Assembly: GCA_017961515.1 (NCBI GenBank)
Contig: JAGCXC010000094.1
Coordinates: 9,222 to 73,221 of the forward strand
Reading direction: 5' to 3'
Length of the DNA stretch: 64,000 nucleotides
Source: Clostridiales bacterium
Lineage (GTDB): Bacteria > Bacillota > Clostridia > Acetivibrionales > RGIG10202
A program made the translations under genes and the position numbers. Within the stretch, counting starts at the first letter, position 1, and each line of letters begins with the position of its first letter. Shown piece after piece: positions 41,161 to 50,814 of this stretch. The notes under the pieces were generated by a model. It was not told the origin of the DNA. It worked only from the letters and a program-made list of their open reading frames with translations, and searched no databases.

Positions 41161-41331
41161 CTATTTTTGTAAATACATCACAACAGGTAATATCACCACG
41201 AAAACATCTAGTACAAGTACAGCGATTCCACCTTTTATGTTGTTCTTTTTAAATGTCCACACACCGAAACTTACTGTATATAATGTCACCCACAAAACTG
41301 CAATTATCACAAATATATCATAAAACTCCAT
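41161..41331 (-). CDS. Small hydrophobic protein (56 aa, two predicted TM helices)
   Basis: Translated by hand: MEFYDIFVIIAVLWVTLYTVSFGVWTFKKNNIKGGIAVLVLDVFVVILPVVMYLQK. The ATG at 41331 is preceded by GAGGAGGA. It lies directly after the gerAC-like stop and falls below the ORF-track cut-off. Confidence 0.55.
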   Translation of the reverse strand: MEFYDIFVIIAVLWVTLYTVSFGVWTFKKNNIKGGIAVLVLDVFVVILPVVMYLQK

Positions 41332-41344
41332 AACACACTCCTCC

Positions 41345-42532
41345 TCATTGTTTAATCATTCCCGTCATTTTTATATTCATATCTACTTTTATGTTAAATT
41401 TTGCATCCCGATATTTTTTACTCCAATCATATTTTTCCCACTCTTGCCATGTCCAGAAATTTTTTCGTGCATTTTTCGCAAACAAGCATATATCACTTTC
41501 AAATTCTCGTGCCGTCTTCTCTAAAAGTTTTTTTGTCTTAGCCTCAATCTTTTTTTCTATATGATTTACTAAAACTGCATTTTTACCTTTATCATTGTAA
41601 TTTACATCACTTTCAAAATATAAATACTCTCCATTTAATTTTATGTCAATGTAAACATATGGCCCACCCTCCTTCGTAACCACCTTTATCTTAGGCCTAC
41701 TATACAACTTAAGGCTTACACTTATCATATCATCTTTAGACAAAGGATCTTCTACTGTATAAATTGCCCTTTTAAATTCTCCTATCGTCATCAAAAAATG
41801 CATAGCCTCCTCTCCTGTTAATACCGAAACCATTTTGTCTTTATTAAACACTACCACTCCCATTATCTGAACTTTGCTTTCTCGACCCTCCTCTTTCATT
41901 TCTCCCGCTAACAATTTCCCACTCTTGTCGTTATCTTTTGATTCATTGACTGCGACATATGGCACAACCGCTCCAACAAATTTATCACACATTTTATAAT
42001 AGAAATCATCTTTAGGTGATATAAAATAATATCCGCTATATTCATATGAAGAAAAAATTGATTTATAGTATCTAGCAATATTAGACTTCTTAAGTTGCTC
42101 TATTGCTTTAAGATATTTATTAGCCTCTCCCTTAGAGACTGCAACATAAACATTAGGCCTAAACTCTTTTGAATTTTGTAATGGCTTTAGTATCCCAATT
42201 AAATTCCCTTTCTTGGCCAACTTTTCTGACATAACTATAAGCTTAGTATGAGAAAAACTTAATTTCTTATCAACCGAATTATTGATTAGATTTATTCCTT
42301 CCATTATAGACGATGCTTCCAAAGTTATGCTTGCTGTCTCTTCATTTGCAGATTCCCCACCTGATTTTTCATTCATAGTAAAATATTGCATTGTAATTTT
42401 TAGCTTATCACTTTCGCCCTCATCTAGCCCTAACGCTATTACATAAGTTATTGAGTCTATCTCTTCTTTATCGTAACATGAAGTAAGAATCATTGGAAGC
42501 ATACATATGATGATTATTAATATCCTATTCAT
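41345..42532 (-). CDS. Spore germination receptor lipoprotein, Ger(x)C family
   Basis: Lipobox LTSC at the N-terminus and GerAC-like length. It is the third gene of an A-B-C operon with overlapping stop/start codons. Confidence 0.88.
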   Translation of the reverse strand: MNRILIIIICMLPMILTSCYDKEEIDSITYVIALGLDEGESDKLKITMQYFTMNEKSGGESANEETASITLEASSIMEGINLINNSVDKKLSFSHTKLIVMSEKLAKKGNLIGILKPLQNSKEFRPNVYVAVSKGEANKYLKAIEQLKKSNIARYYKSIFSSYEYSGYYFISPKDDFYYKMCDKFVGAVVPYVAVNESKDNDKSGKLLAGEMKEEGRESKVQIMGVVVFNKDKMVSVLTGEEAMHFLMTIGEFKRAIYTVEDPLSKDDMISVSLKLYSRPKIKVVTKEGGPYVYIDIKLNGEYLYFESDVNYNDKGKNAVLVNHIEKKIEAKTKKLLEKTAREFESDICLFAKNARKNFWTWQEWEKYDWSKKYRDAKFNIKVDMNIKMTGMIKQ

Positions 42533-43623
42533 TTTGCATTCACCTTCCTATTCTTAACGTTCGCTAGTGCAAATAACAACATTGGAACTATGTATGATGT
42601 TATATAACTCACTCTTCTGTATAACTTAACAAAATACGTTTCTTCTCCAATGATGTTTTTGTACATAAGTGATACTGAAAATATTATAACTATCATGCAC
42701 AATATGATGGGCTTACTGTATTTTAAATCAAACAATCTTCTAAAAATATATGCACTAACAAGCGCCGCCACCGCTATAAACGTCAATGCAGATATCACCC
42801 ATATTATAAAAAATATCGCTTCTATACGCTCTATCTTCCCACCTTGCTGTATAGATCTAGACAACGAATACAGCGGAATGAATTGTTTTTTACTGGCCGG
42901 ATAACTAAATACCCCCTGGTATACTAATGTAACCAAAAACATGAACAAGCCCGATATACCCACTGTTTTGTATAAAACTTCTTTTCCCTTTTCCTTATCA
43001 TCTAAAAAAGGTATAAACAAAAAATACGCAAGTATTCCTGAAAACCATGATATGCCAACAAATCCATTTTTTATCGTAATTCCATTTTTAAGACCTAGTA
43101 ACGGAAACAGATTTATAATCTTGAATTTGTCTATCACTCCCAAAAGTATTAGCAATATACCTCCGCTAACCACTTTATAGAAGATAAATGCCACTCTTGC
43201 AACTGTCTTTAGTCCTTGACATGCTACAATACCTGATCCTAACATCAAAAGAAATATAACAAAACCTATCGGTGAATTAGGAAGGGCAATAATATTTAAG
43301 CTCTCCCCAAATTGCCTTGCGACAACGATACCACCATATAATACCTGTGCTAGCGCAAGTAATGCTATTGGCACTTGCAACTTTCTCCCCCAAGTAAACA
43401 TCGCCACATCTAAAATATCTTTACCAACAAATGGCTCATATAGTTTATGGAGAATTACGACACCAATAAACGCAAACAAAAGTATTACCACCGCAAGTAG
43501 CCAACTTGCAGTACCTGCTAATTGTGTCATTCTAAGCGGAAATGTCAACATTGCATTTAGACTTATTATACTAGTCAATAGCACTATGAATTCATGTTTA
43601 TACATCATTTGTGATTTTTTCAT
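42529..43623 (-). CDS. Spore germination receptor permease subunit, GerAB family
   Basis: 364 aa polytopic membrane protein (~10 TM) in the middle position of the operon. Confidence 0.85.
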   Translation of the reverse strand: MKKSQMMYKHEFIVLLTSIISLNAMLTFPLRMTQLAGTASWLLAVVILLFAFIGVVILHKLYEPFVGKDILDVAMFTWGRKLQVPIALLALAQVLYGGIVVARQFGESLNIIALPNSPIGFVIFLLMLGSGIVACQGLKTVARVAFIFYKVVSGGILLILLGVIDKFKIINLFPLLGLKNGITIKNGFVGISWFSGILAYFLFIPFLDDKEKGKEVLYKTVGISGLFMFLVTLVYQGVFSYPASKKQFIPLYSLSRSIQQGGKIERIEAIFFIIWVISALTFIAVAALVSAYIFRRLFDLKYSKPIILCMIVIIFSVSLMYKNIIGEETYFVKLYRRVSYITSYIVPMLLFALANVKNRKVNAK

Positions 43624-45234
43624 TTATTTTTTCTCCCATTCTCTAACTATATCTCTATTTTGATCATTGCATTTTGTCATTAAATTTTTAGGTTTTCCGC
43701 CCAAAGCCCACAGCGGTGGTCTTAGAAAATTATCTATTAGACTACATTTGGTTTTATTTTGGCTAGAGCTTAAATATAAAACACCAAATGAAACCATATT
43801 ACAGAGAATACCTATATGCACAAATATACCGATGAATACTCCTACAATCCCCGCTATACTTCCTAAGAAAATATAAAAGAAACGCAATATCCTAAATGAA
43901 AACGCAATAGAAAAATTAGGTACCGCAAATGAACCTATCCCTGTGATGGCCACGATAATTATCAATATTGGGCTTACTATATTAGCACTAACTGCAGCTT
44001 GCCCAAGTATTATACCCCCAACAATACCTAACGTGGATCCAATTGGTTCGGGTACCCTTATGCTTGCCTCACGTATCAACTCAAATGAAATTTCCATAAA
44101 CACAAGTTCAATTAATGCCGAAAACGGTATTCGTTCTCTAGTAGCTTCTAACGCTATTAATAGATCTGTTGGTATTATCTCTTGATGAAAATTTATTATT
44201 GCTATATAAAACCCGGGTAAAAATAGCACCGCAAATATTCCCAGCATGCGCACTACACGCAATAAATTTGATGAAGGAAATCGTATATAGTTATCTTCTG
44301 CTGAATAAATAAGCTCATCGTGCGTTATGGGCATAATTAACGCAAATGGGCTTCCATTTACTATTACCCCAACTTTGCCTTCAGTTAAAAATCTGGAAAA
44401 TCTATCTGGGCGCTCTGTTGATAAAACTTGAGGAAATGGTAAGTATGGATTATCTTCTATCAGTTGTTCTAACTCTCCTGATGCCACCAAATAATCTATC
44501 TTGATACCTTTAAGCCTTCTTTTTACTTCATCTACTATACTATCGTTTACAATATCTTGTATATAGCATATGCTACACAAGGTCCGGCTTTTCTCTCCTA
44601 TGGTTATACTCTCTATTATCAAATTTTCATTGTCTACTATTTTTCTTACCAGAGCCGTATTAGTTCTAATTTTCTCTGTAAACCCTTCCTGTGGGCCACG
44701 AATAACCATCTCTGAACATGGCTTATCGACGCTTCTAGTATCCCAATCCTTTACATCCGCTAAAATAGCCAACTCTGCACCATTAATAAATATAGCACAT
44801 TCACCTATGTTCACGCCAGACACAACATCCGAAATTTTATTCGTTTTCTTAATCTGATTATGCGCTATAAGATTTTTTTCAACATAATCTACTATATTTG
44901 TGTTTTGTGTCACCATATCAATATTACTTAGTATCATAAGTGGTGTTATTATGTTGTCGTCTATAAACTTTGAATTACACATGCCATCAATAAAAAATAT
45001 AAATGCTCGATAAACTTTCTTCTCTATTCTCACACCAAACTCTCTTATTTGTATATCCTCATTTATTGATACATTATATAATTTCTTAAGATAAGATAAA
45101 TTCGTATCAATGTTTATGCTAACATCAGGGTACACTTTTGTTTGGACCGTGTTATTGGTGTAATTTTCATCTTCTAGCAAAAACGTGTTGTCATGTGGCT
45201 CCTTAAACAATATCAAATTTTTTATCTTATTCAC
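43624..45234 (-). CDS. Spore germination receptor subunit, GerAA family
   Basis: GerA family core (FPQVLSTERPDRF) and a C-terminal multi-TM region; 536 aa. Confidence 0.9.
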   Translation of the reverse strand: MNKIKNLILFKEPHDNTFLLEDENYTNNTVQTKVYPDVSINIDTNLSYLKKLYNVSINEDIQIREFGVRIEKKVYRAFIFFIDGMCNSKFIDDNIITPLMILSNIDMVTQNTNIVDYVEKNLIAHNQIKKTNKISDVVSGVNIGECAIFINGAELAILADVKDWDTRSVDKPCSEMVIRGPQEGFTEKIRTNTALVRKIVDNENLIIESITIGEKSRTLCSICYIQDIVNDSIVDEVKRRLKGIKIDYLVASGELEQLIEDNPYLPFPQVLSTERPDRFSRFLTEGKVGVIVNGSPFALIMPITHDELIYSAEDNYIRFPSSNLLRVVRMLGIFAVLFLPGFYIAIINFHQEIIPTDLLIALEATRERIPFSALIELVFMEISFELIREASIRVPEPIGSTLGIVGGIILGQAAVSANIVSPILIIIVAITGIGSFAVPNFSIAFSFRILRFFYIFLGSIAGIVGVFIGIFVHIGILCNMVSFGVLYLSSSQNKTKCSLIDNFLRPPLWALGGKPKNLMTKCNDQNRDIVREWEKK

Positions 45235-45294
45235 TCGTTTTCACCTCAAGTGATATATTACCCAATACTTTTTTTATATATGCATAGGTCAATT

Positions 45295-47115
45295 TTAATA
45301 CCTTTTAGCTACCTCTATATGGTGATTTATATTTATATTAGTTAATGCTTCCATTATGTTTTTGTCTCCTCTTATTTGAGAAATTTGATATACATCATTC
45401 CCGTTACTATCCATATCCGACGTCTTTGCCCCATACTGCAACAACAATTTTACAACATCCTTTCCCCAATATTTTACAGCATATACCAATGCCGTACCAT
45501 ATTCTCCTCTTGCATTAATGTTAGCCCCATTCTCTAGCAATAGTTTTGCTATTTTGAAATTATTTTTTTCGTTTTTTATATAAGTCAAAAATGTATATAT
45601 AAGTGCAGTTGCCCCATTCTTTGTTTTCGCATTAACGTTTGCTTGGTGTTCTATCAAATATTGCGCTACTTCAAATGACTTAAATTCGCATGCATACATT
45701 AATGCTGTTTGATTGCATCTACCCTTTTCATTCACATTCGCTCCTCTTTCTACTAATATCTTTACCACCTCAAAATTGTTTTGTTCGCATGCAATCATAA
45801 GCGCCGTATTCCCATTGCTTGCTCTATCATCTACGTTGGCACCAATGTCTAATAAAAATATTATCGCTTTGGGGTTCTTATTTTTACATGCCTTTACCAA
45901 AAGAGAATCTCCATTTATATCTTTCTCATTCAAATTTATACAATTATATTTATGTAATATATTAAGTGCTTTCATATCGTCATTTTTAAGCAAATATTCT
46001 TGCAATATCATACCTTCATTTTTTATCATCAATATGGATTTATTCTTACTTATGATTTTTATTTGATCTTCTATCTTTTTGCAACTCTTAACTTTATCTA
46101 ACATTTTTTTTATGTTTATAAGGTATCCTTCATCTACCAGCATTCTATATATAGCCTCAAATTTCATTATCCTACTTTGACCACAAAATATATTCGCCGC
46201 GAAAAAATCTGATATCTCACACTCTTCTCCACTATTACGAAAATAATTTGTGGCCCAATTCAATATATGATTGTAAAATTCTCCTTCGTTTTTACATTTA
46301 TCTCTTACATCATTTAACATCTCATGTAATAACAGTTCTTCTAAATCTATTGTTTTTATAAATCTTTCTATGTCTCTTTTTTCGATATTTATACCATATG
46401 GATCAGTTTCTTGTGGCACTGGCACATTAAAATTATATTTACTGTTTAAATATTTTTTGAAAAAATCCTCCATATGTGGATCAGTAAATTCTCTTCTTCC
46501 TGTCTTTATATAAACTTCATTCATTAATTTATTTGCAAGTTTTATCCTAGCATTTAAAAAAAGTTTGTCTAATGCACGTCTTAATGGATTTGGGTCTTCC
46601 TCTATTTTTATCTTACCTTGCGTTATGCTTTCGACATGTTCTCCTAACATACACACTATTTCAACAATCCCTCTTCTTTGGCCTGTAATGCAAACATCTC
46701 CCAAACTCGATAATAGATCCACAATTCCATATACTTGCGTATTATCTAAATCATCACTTGACTCTATAATCTTTGCAATACAAACCAATGCATTGGCATA
46801 TATTTCATCATTTACAATACTACTTTTATATAATTTTTTTATACCAGCACTATTAAGGCAAAATTTAGCATCCCTTAGTTTTAATATTATATTCTGATAA
46901 ATTAATCTACTAAGCTTTTGTGTTAGTTTTGAATAGTTAAGATTCCCAAACTGTCCTAAAATATCATCAACACCCCCTTTTTTATACGCTCTTTTTGTTA
47001 GTTTAGTTTTCATAGGTAATTTCCGAATAAAATATGTGATGTTGTTTTCCATTTTTTTAAACACCCAAATAATATATGTTTTTATAATATATGCAATATA
47101 TTTTTTGCTTGACAC
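45295..47115 (-). CDS. Protein with an unknown ~375-aa N-terminal domain and ~6 C-terminal ankyrin repeats
   Basis: ANK units occupy the C-terminal third (NGNTALMIACEQNNFEVVKILVERGANVNE and others). The start is uncertain: GTG at 47115 has no convincing RBS, and internal ATGs are possible. Confidence 0.8.
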   Translation of the reverse strand: MSSKKYIAYIIKTYIIWVFKKMENNITYFIRKLPMKTKLTKRAYKKGGVDDILGQFGNLNYSKLTQKLSRLIYQNIILKLRDAKFCLNSAGIKKLYKSSIVNDEIYANALVCIAKIIESSDDLDNTQVYGIVDLLSSLGDVCITGQRRGIVEIVCMLGEHVESITQGKIKIEEDPNPLRRALDKLFLNARIKLANKLMNEVYIKTGRREFTDPHMEDFFKKYLNSKYNFNVPVPQETDPYGINIEKRDIERFIKTIDLEELLLHEMLNDVRDKCKNEGEFYNHILNWATNYFRNSGEECEISDFFAANIFCGQSRIMKFEAIYRMLVDEGYLINIKKMLDKVKSCKKIEDQIKIISKNKSILMIKNEGMILQEYLLKNDDMKALNILHKYNCINLNEKDINGDSLLVKACKNKNPKAIIFLLDIGANVDDRASNGNTALMIACEQNNFEVVKILVERGANVNEKGRCNQTALMYACEFKSFEVAQYLIEHQANVNAKTKNGATALIYTFLTYIKNEKNNFKIAKLLLENGANINARGEYGTALVYAVKYWGKDVVKLLLQYGAKTSDMDSNGNDVYQISQIRGDKNIMEALTNININHHIEVAKRY

Positions 47116-47193
47116 AATGCTTTTCTACATTTAGTATAGTAGTTAGTTGACATTTTCAACACAATTAAACAACTCAAGGGAGATGTATTTTAA

Positions 47194-48201
47194 ATGGCAC
47201 AGCGAACTCATATATCAAATGATGAAATGCCAAATTTTTTAATAGATTACTTAAATTATTTAGAAACAATAAAAGGAAAATCTAAGAATACTATACTAGC
47301 CTATTCTTACGACTTAAGACTATTCTTACGATTTATTAAAGTACATAAACAATTAGTTGATAAAGATAACTTCGAAGATATTTCAATAAAAGATTTTTCC
47401 ACAGAAACTTTAGAGGATATCACTTTAAGCGATTTATACTCTTTTTTGTCCTTTGTAAATAGAGAACGCACCAACTCTTCTTACGCTCGTGCTAGAAAAG
47501 TCGCTAGTCTTAAATCATTTTTTAACTATCTAACAAATAAAGTAAAGATTGTATCGCTAAATCCTACTCGTGAATTGGAATCACCTAAAATACTAAAAAA
47601 ACTCCCTCGCTATTTAAATGTCGCTGAAAGCAAGAATCTCTTAAATTGTGTAGCATCACAAAAAAGTGCTCACAAATTTCGTGACTTTGCAATGTTAACA
47701 CTCTTTTTAAACTGTGGCATGCGTTTGTCTGAACTTGTGGGAATAAACTTAGACGACATAAGAAACAACACTATATCAGTCACTGGTAAGGGGGGAAAAG
47801 AACGCATAATCTACTTAAATCACGCTTGTGTCGATGCATTGAATAATTATCTAACTCAAAGACCTATTGACGGAGTTATAGATAAAAATGCTTTATTTTT
47901 AAGCTCACGAAAAACCCGCATTAGCAAAAATACTGTTCAATTTATTGTAAAAAAATACATCCGTATGTCGGGACTTGATGCAAAAAAGTATTCTACGCAC
48001 AAATTAAGACACACGGCCGCAACTTTGATGTATAAGCACGGCAAAGTAGATGTTCGCGCACTTCAAAAAATACTAGGGCATGAAACTTTAGCTACTACCC
48101 AAATCTACACTCATTTAGATAATCAACAACTACAAGATGCATTAGACAATAATCCATTGGCCGACTTCAAGCCAAAAGATTCTTCAAATACTACAGATTA
48201 A
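47194..48201 (+). CDS. Tyrosine recombinase, XerC/XerD family
   Basis: N-terminal SAM-like core-binding domain. Catalytic residues are in order (R in GMRLSEL, HKLRHTAAT, LGHETLATTQIYTHL with the nucleophile Tyr). Confidence 0.9.
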   Translation: MAQRTHISNDEMPNFLIDYLNYLETIKGKSKNTILAYSYDLRLFLRFIKVHKQLVDKDNFEDISIKDFSTETLEDITLSDLYSFLSFVNRERTNSSYARARKVASLKSFFNYLTNKVKIVSLNPTRELESPKILKKLPRYLNVAESKNLLNCVASQKSAHKFRDFAMLTLFLNCGMRLSELVGINLDDIRNNTISVTGKGGKERIIYLNHACVDALNNYLTQRPIDGVIDKNALFLSSRKTRISKNTVQFIVKKYIRMSGLDAKKYSTHKLRHTAATLMYKHGKVDVRALQKILGHETLATTQIYTHLDNQQLQDALDNNPLADFKPKDSSNTTD

Positions 48202-48223
48202 ATTTTTTGTCTAGAAAATCTAT

Positions 48224-48267
48224 AAAAAAACTCTGGTCAAAATACTTAAAAACCAGAGCTATTTTTG
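48224..48267. terminator. Bidirectional terminator between the recombinase and the 787-aa ANK gene
   Basis: 7-bp stem: CTCTGGT (48231-48237) pairs with ACCAGAG (48252-48258). An A7 run lies on one side and CTATTTTT on the other. Confidence 0.65.
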
Positions 48268-48268
48268 T

Positions 48269-50623
48269 CTACATTCCTCTTCCCATATTATGTTCTATTT
48301 TAGGAGGAATAATTTTTTTATTTACCTTAGCTACATATATATTAGTTAACTCTTCCACAAAATTCTTTATTTTCTTGTCAAATTTAGAATCATACTTTTT
48401 ATAAATATTCTTAGCTAACATAAGACATTCTCTTAAACTCCCTATTTTGTCCTCTCTTTTTGCCTTGTCTCTAAAAAACTTTATATATTTATCTAACATA
48501 TTCATATTCTCATTATCTGCTGCAGCTTGTAATATAGGGAAACAATATTTTATATCTATTTTGATCCCTCTGTCTATCAACAAATTCACCATATTAGCAT
48601 CATGCTTCCAACACGCATAATCTAATACATTATGCCCTTCTCTATCTCTTTCATCTATATTAGCACCCTCATCTAACAACTTTTCAACTTCCTCTAAATT
48701 GCCATTCCAACATTGCTTTTGTAAATTGGTTGATCCAAATACCTTTTGTATCTCAAATTTCTTTTCATAAGCACCATTTTTTATTAAGTATATACATATA
48801 TCTGGATCCTTCGACACCAACGCTCTATATAATGGATTACGTCCAGCTTCGTTTTCTATATTTAAATTAGCTCCATGTTCCACCAAACTTTTTACTAAGT
48901 CTAGATTTTTTCTCTTACACGCTATATATAACGGAGTACGTCCATTATAATCCTTACAATCCACATCGGCGCCATTTTCAATTAAATATTGGGCCATCTT
49001 AATATTATTTTTTTTGCATGAATAAATCAGTGCCGTTGTATCATCATCAGCTTTTAAATTAACATCTGCCTTCATACCTACTAAATATTTCACTATATTA
49101 AGGTCTCCGTTAACACATGCTCTATAAAGTGGCGTATATCCATCATCATCCACTTTATTTATATCTGCACCACTCTCTACTAAATGCTTCACTATATCAA
49201 GGCCTCCCCTAATACATGCCATATGTAGTGATGTAAATCCATTATCATCCACTTTATTTATATCTGCACCATTTTCTACTAAATGCTTTACTATATCAAG
49301 ATTTCCACTCTCACACGCTACGTATAATGGTGTATGTCTATTAACATTCTCTTTATTTACATCTGCACCCATATCTACCAAACACTTCACTATATCAAAA
49401 TCTCCCAGCATACATGCTATATGTAATGGTGTATGTCTATCAACATCTTCTATATTTATATCTCCACCACTCTCTACTAAAAATTTTATTAAATCTGGAT
49501 TCTTTCCAAAACATGCATTGTGTAAAGGGAATTCTCCATTTTCATCTTCTTCATCAATTTTTAGCCCTCTATTTACTAACTCTTTTACTTCTTCCAAATT
49601 ACCTTTACAGCATCTGTCTCTAAAAATTCTTTTAGTTTCCTCAATTTCTCCATATTCTTCTATCTCGGCTATATTCTCTTCCACACCATTCTCTCTTTCT
49701 CTAACTGGTGCTTTTGTCTTAACTATATTTACTAAATTCATCCAGAATTTTTTTAGCTTATCTATAAATTTTTGTCCAACAGTTTTTAATAATTTCCCAA
49801 CACCTTCTATTGCATTAATCAACTTAACAAAACCATCACTCATGTTTTTACCTATATTTTCAAAAATACGGATGCATTTGTCTATTAGCCTTTCATCCTC
49901 TTCTTTTATTGCAACATCAAGTAAAGGTACGCACATGTCCATATCAAGATTAATTCCTCTATCAATTAGTAAATCTATCATCCTAGCATCATTTCTCCAA
50001 CACGCATAATCTAATACATTATACCCTTCTCTATCTTGTTCGTTTATATTAGCGCCTTCATCTAACAACCTTTCAACTTCCTCTAAATTACCATCCCAAC
50101 ATTTTTCCTGCAAATCGGTTGCTCCATACATTTCTTTTATACTCACTCTTGGATCGTATGCACCTTTTTTTATTAGATAATTTGATACCTTGTATGCAGC
50201 TATTGTATCAGCCAAATACAGTGGTGTCTTTTTTTCTCTGTTATGCACATTTACATCAGCTCCACTATCCACTAGATACTTCACTATATCCGTATTTTGT
50301 CCTAAACATGCGTACATTAACGGAGTATCTCCTATATTATTTCTTTTATGTATCTGTGCTCCCTTGTTAATTAAGTAAATAACAATATCTAAATCTCCTT
50401 CCTTACAAGCTTTATATAAAGGAGTATCTCCATTAGTAAGTTCTCTATTTATATCAGCCCCATTTTCTATTAAAACTTTTACTATTTCCAAATTACCCTT
50501 AGCACAGGCTATATATAAAGGAGTCCTACCCATACTATCCTGAATATTTATTTTTTCCCCGGAAATTATCTTCTGCTTTACTAATTCTAAATTATTTTTT
50601 TCACATGCTTCAATCAAACTCAT
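48269..50623 (-). CDS. Ankyrin-repeat protein (~784 aa) built from two copies of an [ANK array + tail] module joined by a helical linker
   Basis: ANK units throughout. The likely start is ATG at 50623, 9 nt after GAAGGAG; the ORF-track ATG at 50632 abuts the RBS. For the internal duplication see findings. Confidence 0.88.
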   Translation of the reverse strand: MSLIEACEKNNLELVKQKIISGEKINIQDSMGRTPLYIACAKGNLEIVKVLIENGADINRELTNGDTPLYKACKEGDLDIVIYLINKGAQIHKRNNIGDTPLMYACLGQNTDIVKYLVDSGADVNVHNREKKTPLYLADTIAAYKVSNYLIKKGAYDPRVSIKEMYGATDLQEKCWDGNLEEVERLLDEGANINEQDREGYNVLDYACWRNDARMIDLLIDRGINLDMDMCVPLLDVAIKEEDERLIDKCIRIFENIGKNMSDGFVKLINAIEGVGKLLKTVGQKFIDKLKKFWMNLVNIVKTKAPVRERENGVEENIAEIEEYGEIEETKRIFRDRCCKGNLEEVKELVNRGLKIDEEDENGEFPLHNACFGKNPDLIKFLVESGGDINIEDVDRHTPLHIACMLGDFDIVKCLVDMGADVNKENVNRHTPLYVACESGNLDIVKHLVENGADINKVDDNGFTSLHMACIRGGLDIVKHLVESGADINKVDDDGYTPLYRACVNGDLNIVKYLVGMKADVNLKADDDTTALIYSCKKNNIKMAQYLIENGADVDCKDYNGRTPLYIACKRKNLDLVKSLVEHGANLNIENEAGRNPLYRALVSKDPDICIYLIKNGAYEKKFEIQKVFGSTNLQKQCWNGNLEEVEKLLDEGANIDERDREGHNVLDYACWKHDANMVNLLIDRGIKIDIKYCFPILQAAADNENMNMLDKYIKFFRDKAKREDKIGSLRECLMLAKNIYKKYDSKFDKKIKNFVEELTNIYVAKVNKKIIPPKIEHNMGRGM

Positions 50624-50652
50624 CCTAATCATCTCCTTCTCATTAGGTTATA

Positions 50653-50681
50653 ATTATAACAATATCCCCCCTGTAGTATAC
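50653..50681 (-). promoter_or_regulatory. Possible extended -10 promoter for the 787-aa ANK gene
   Basis: On the minus strand: TGtTATAAT (-10 at 50658-50653, TG at 50661-50660). The -35 is weak. Confidence 0.4.
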
Positions 50682-50814
50682 AACAAAAGAACATAATTGT
50701 CCTTTTTTATACATTAATTTTACATCTACTTTGTATATACACCACTGGACACCCAGAAATAATCTCCGAATGCCCAGTTCTCAATGTCAATCAATATAAC
50801 TTACAATACTACTT

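Noticed and set aside
47194-48201. Recombinase as the integrase of a prophage or integrative element
   Set aside because: There are no phage, conjugation or transposition genes nearby. It is not adjacent to a tRNA gene (tRNA-Gln is 13 kb away). I could see no flanking direct repeats. The sequence looks Xer-like rather than phage-integrase-like. The idea is kept only as a low-confidence hypothesis in findings.
48207-48404. Plus-strand 65-aa hydrophobic ORF after the recombinase
   Set aside because: It spans the bidirectional terminator and then runs antisense into the 3' end of the 787-aa ANK gene. It has no RBS.
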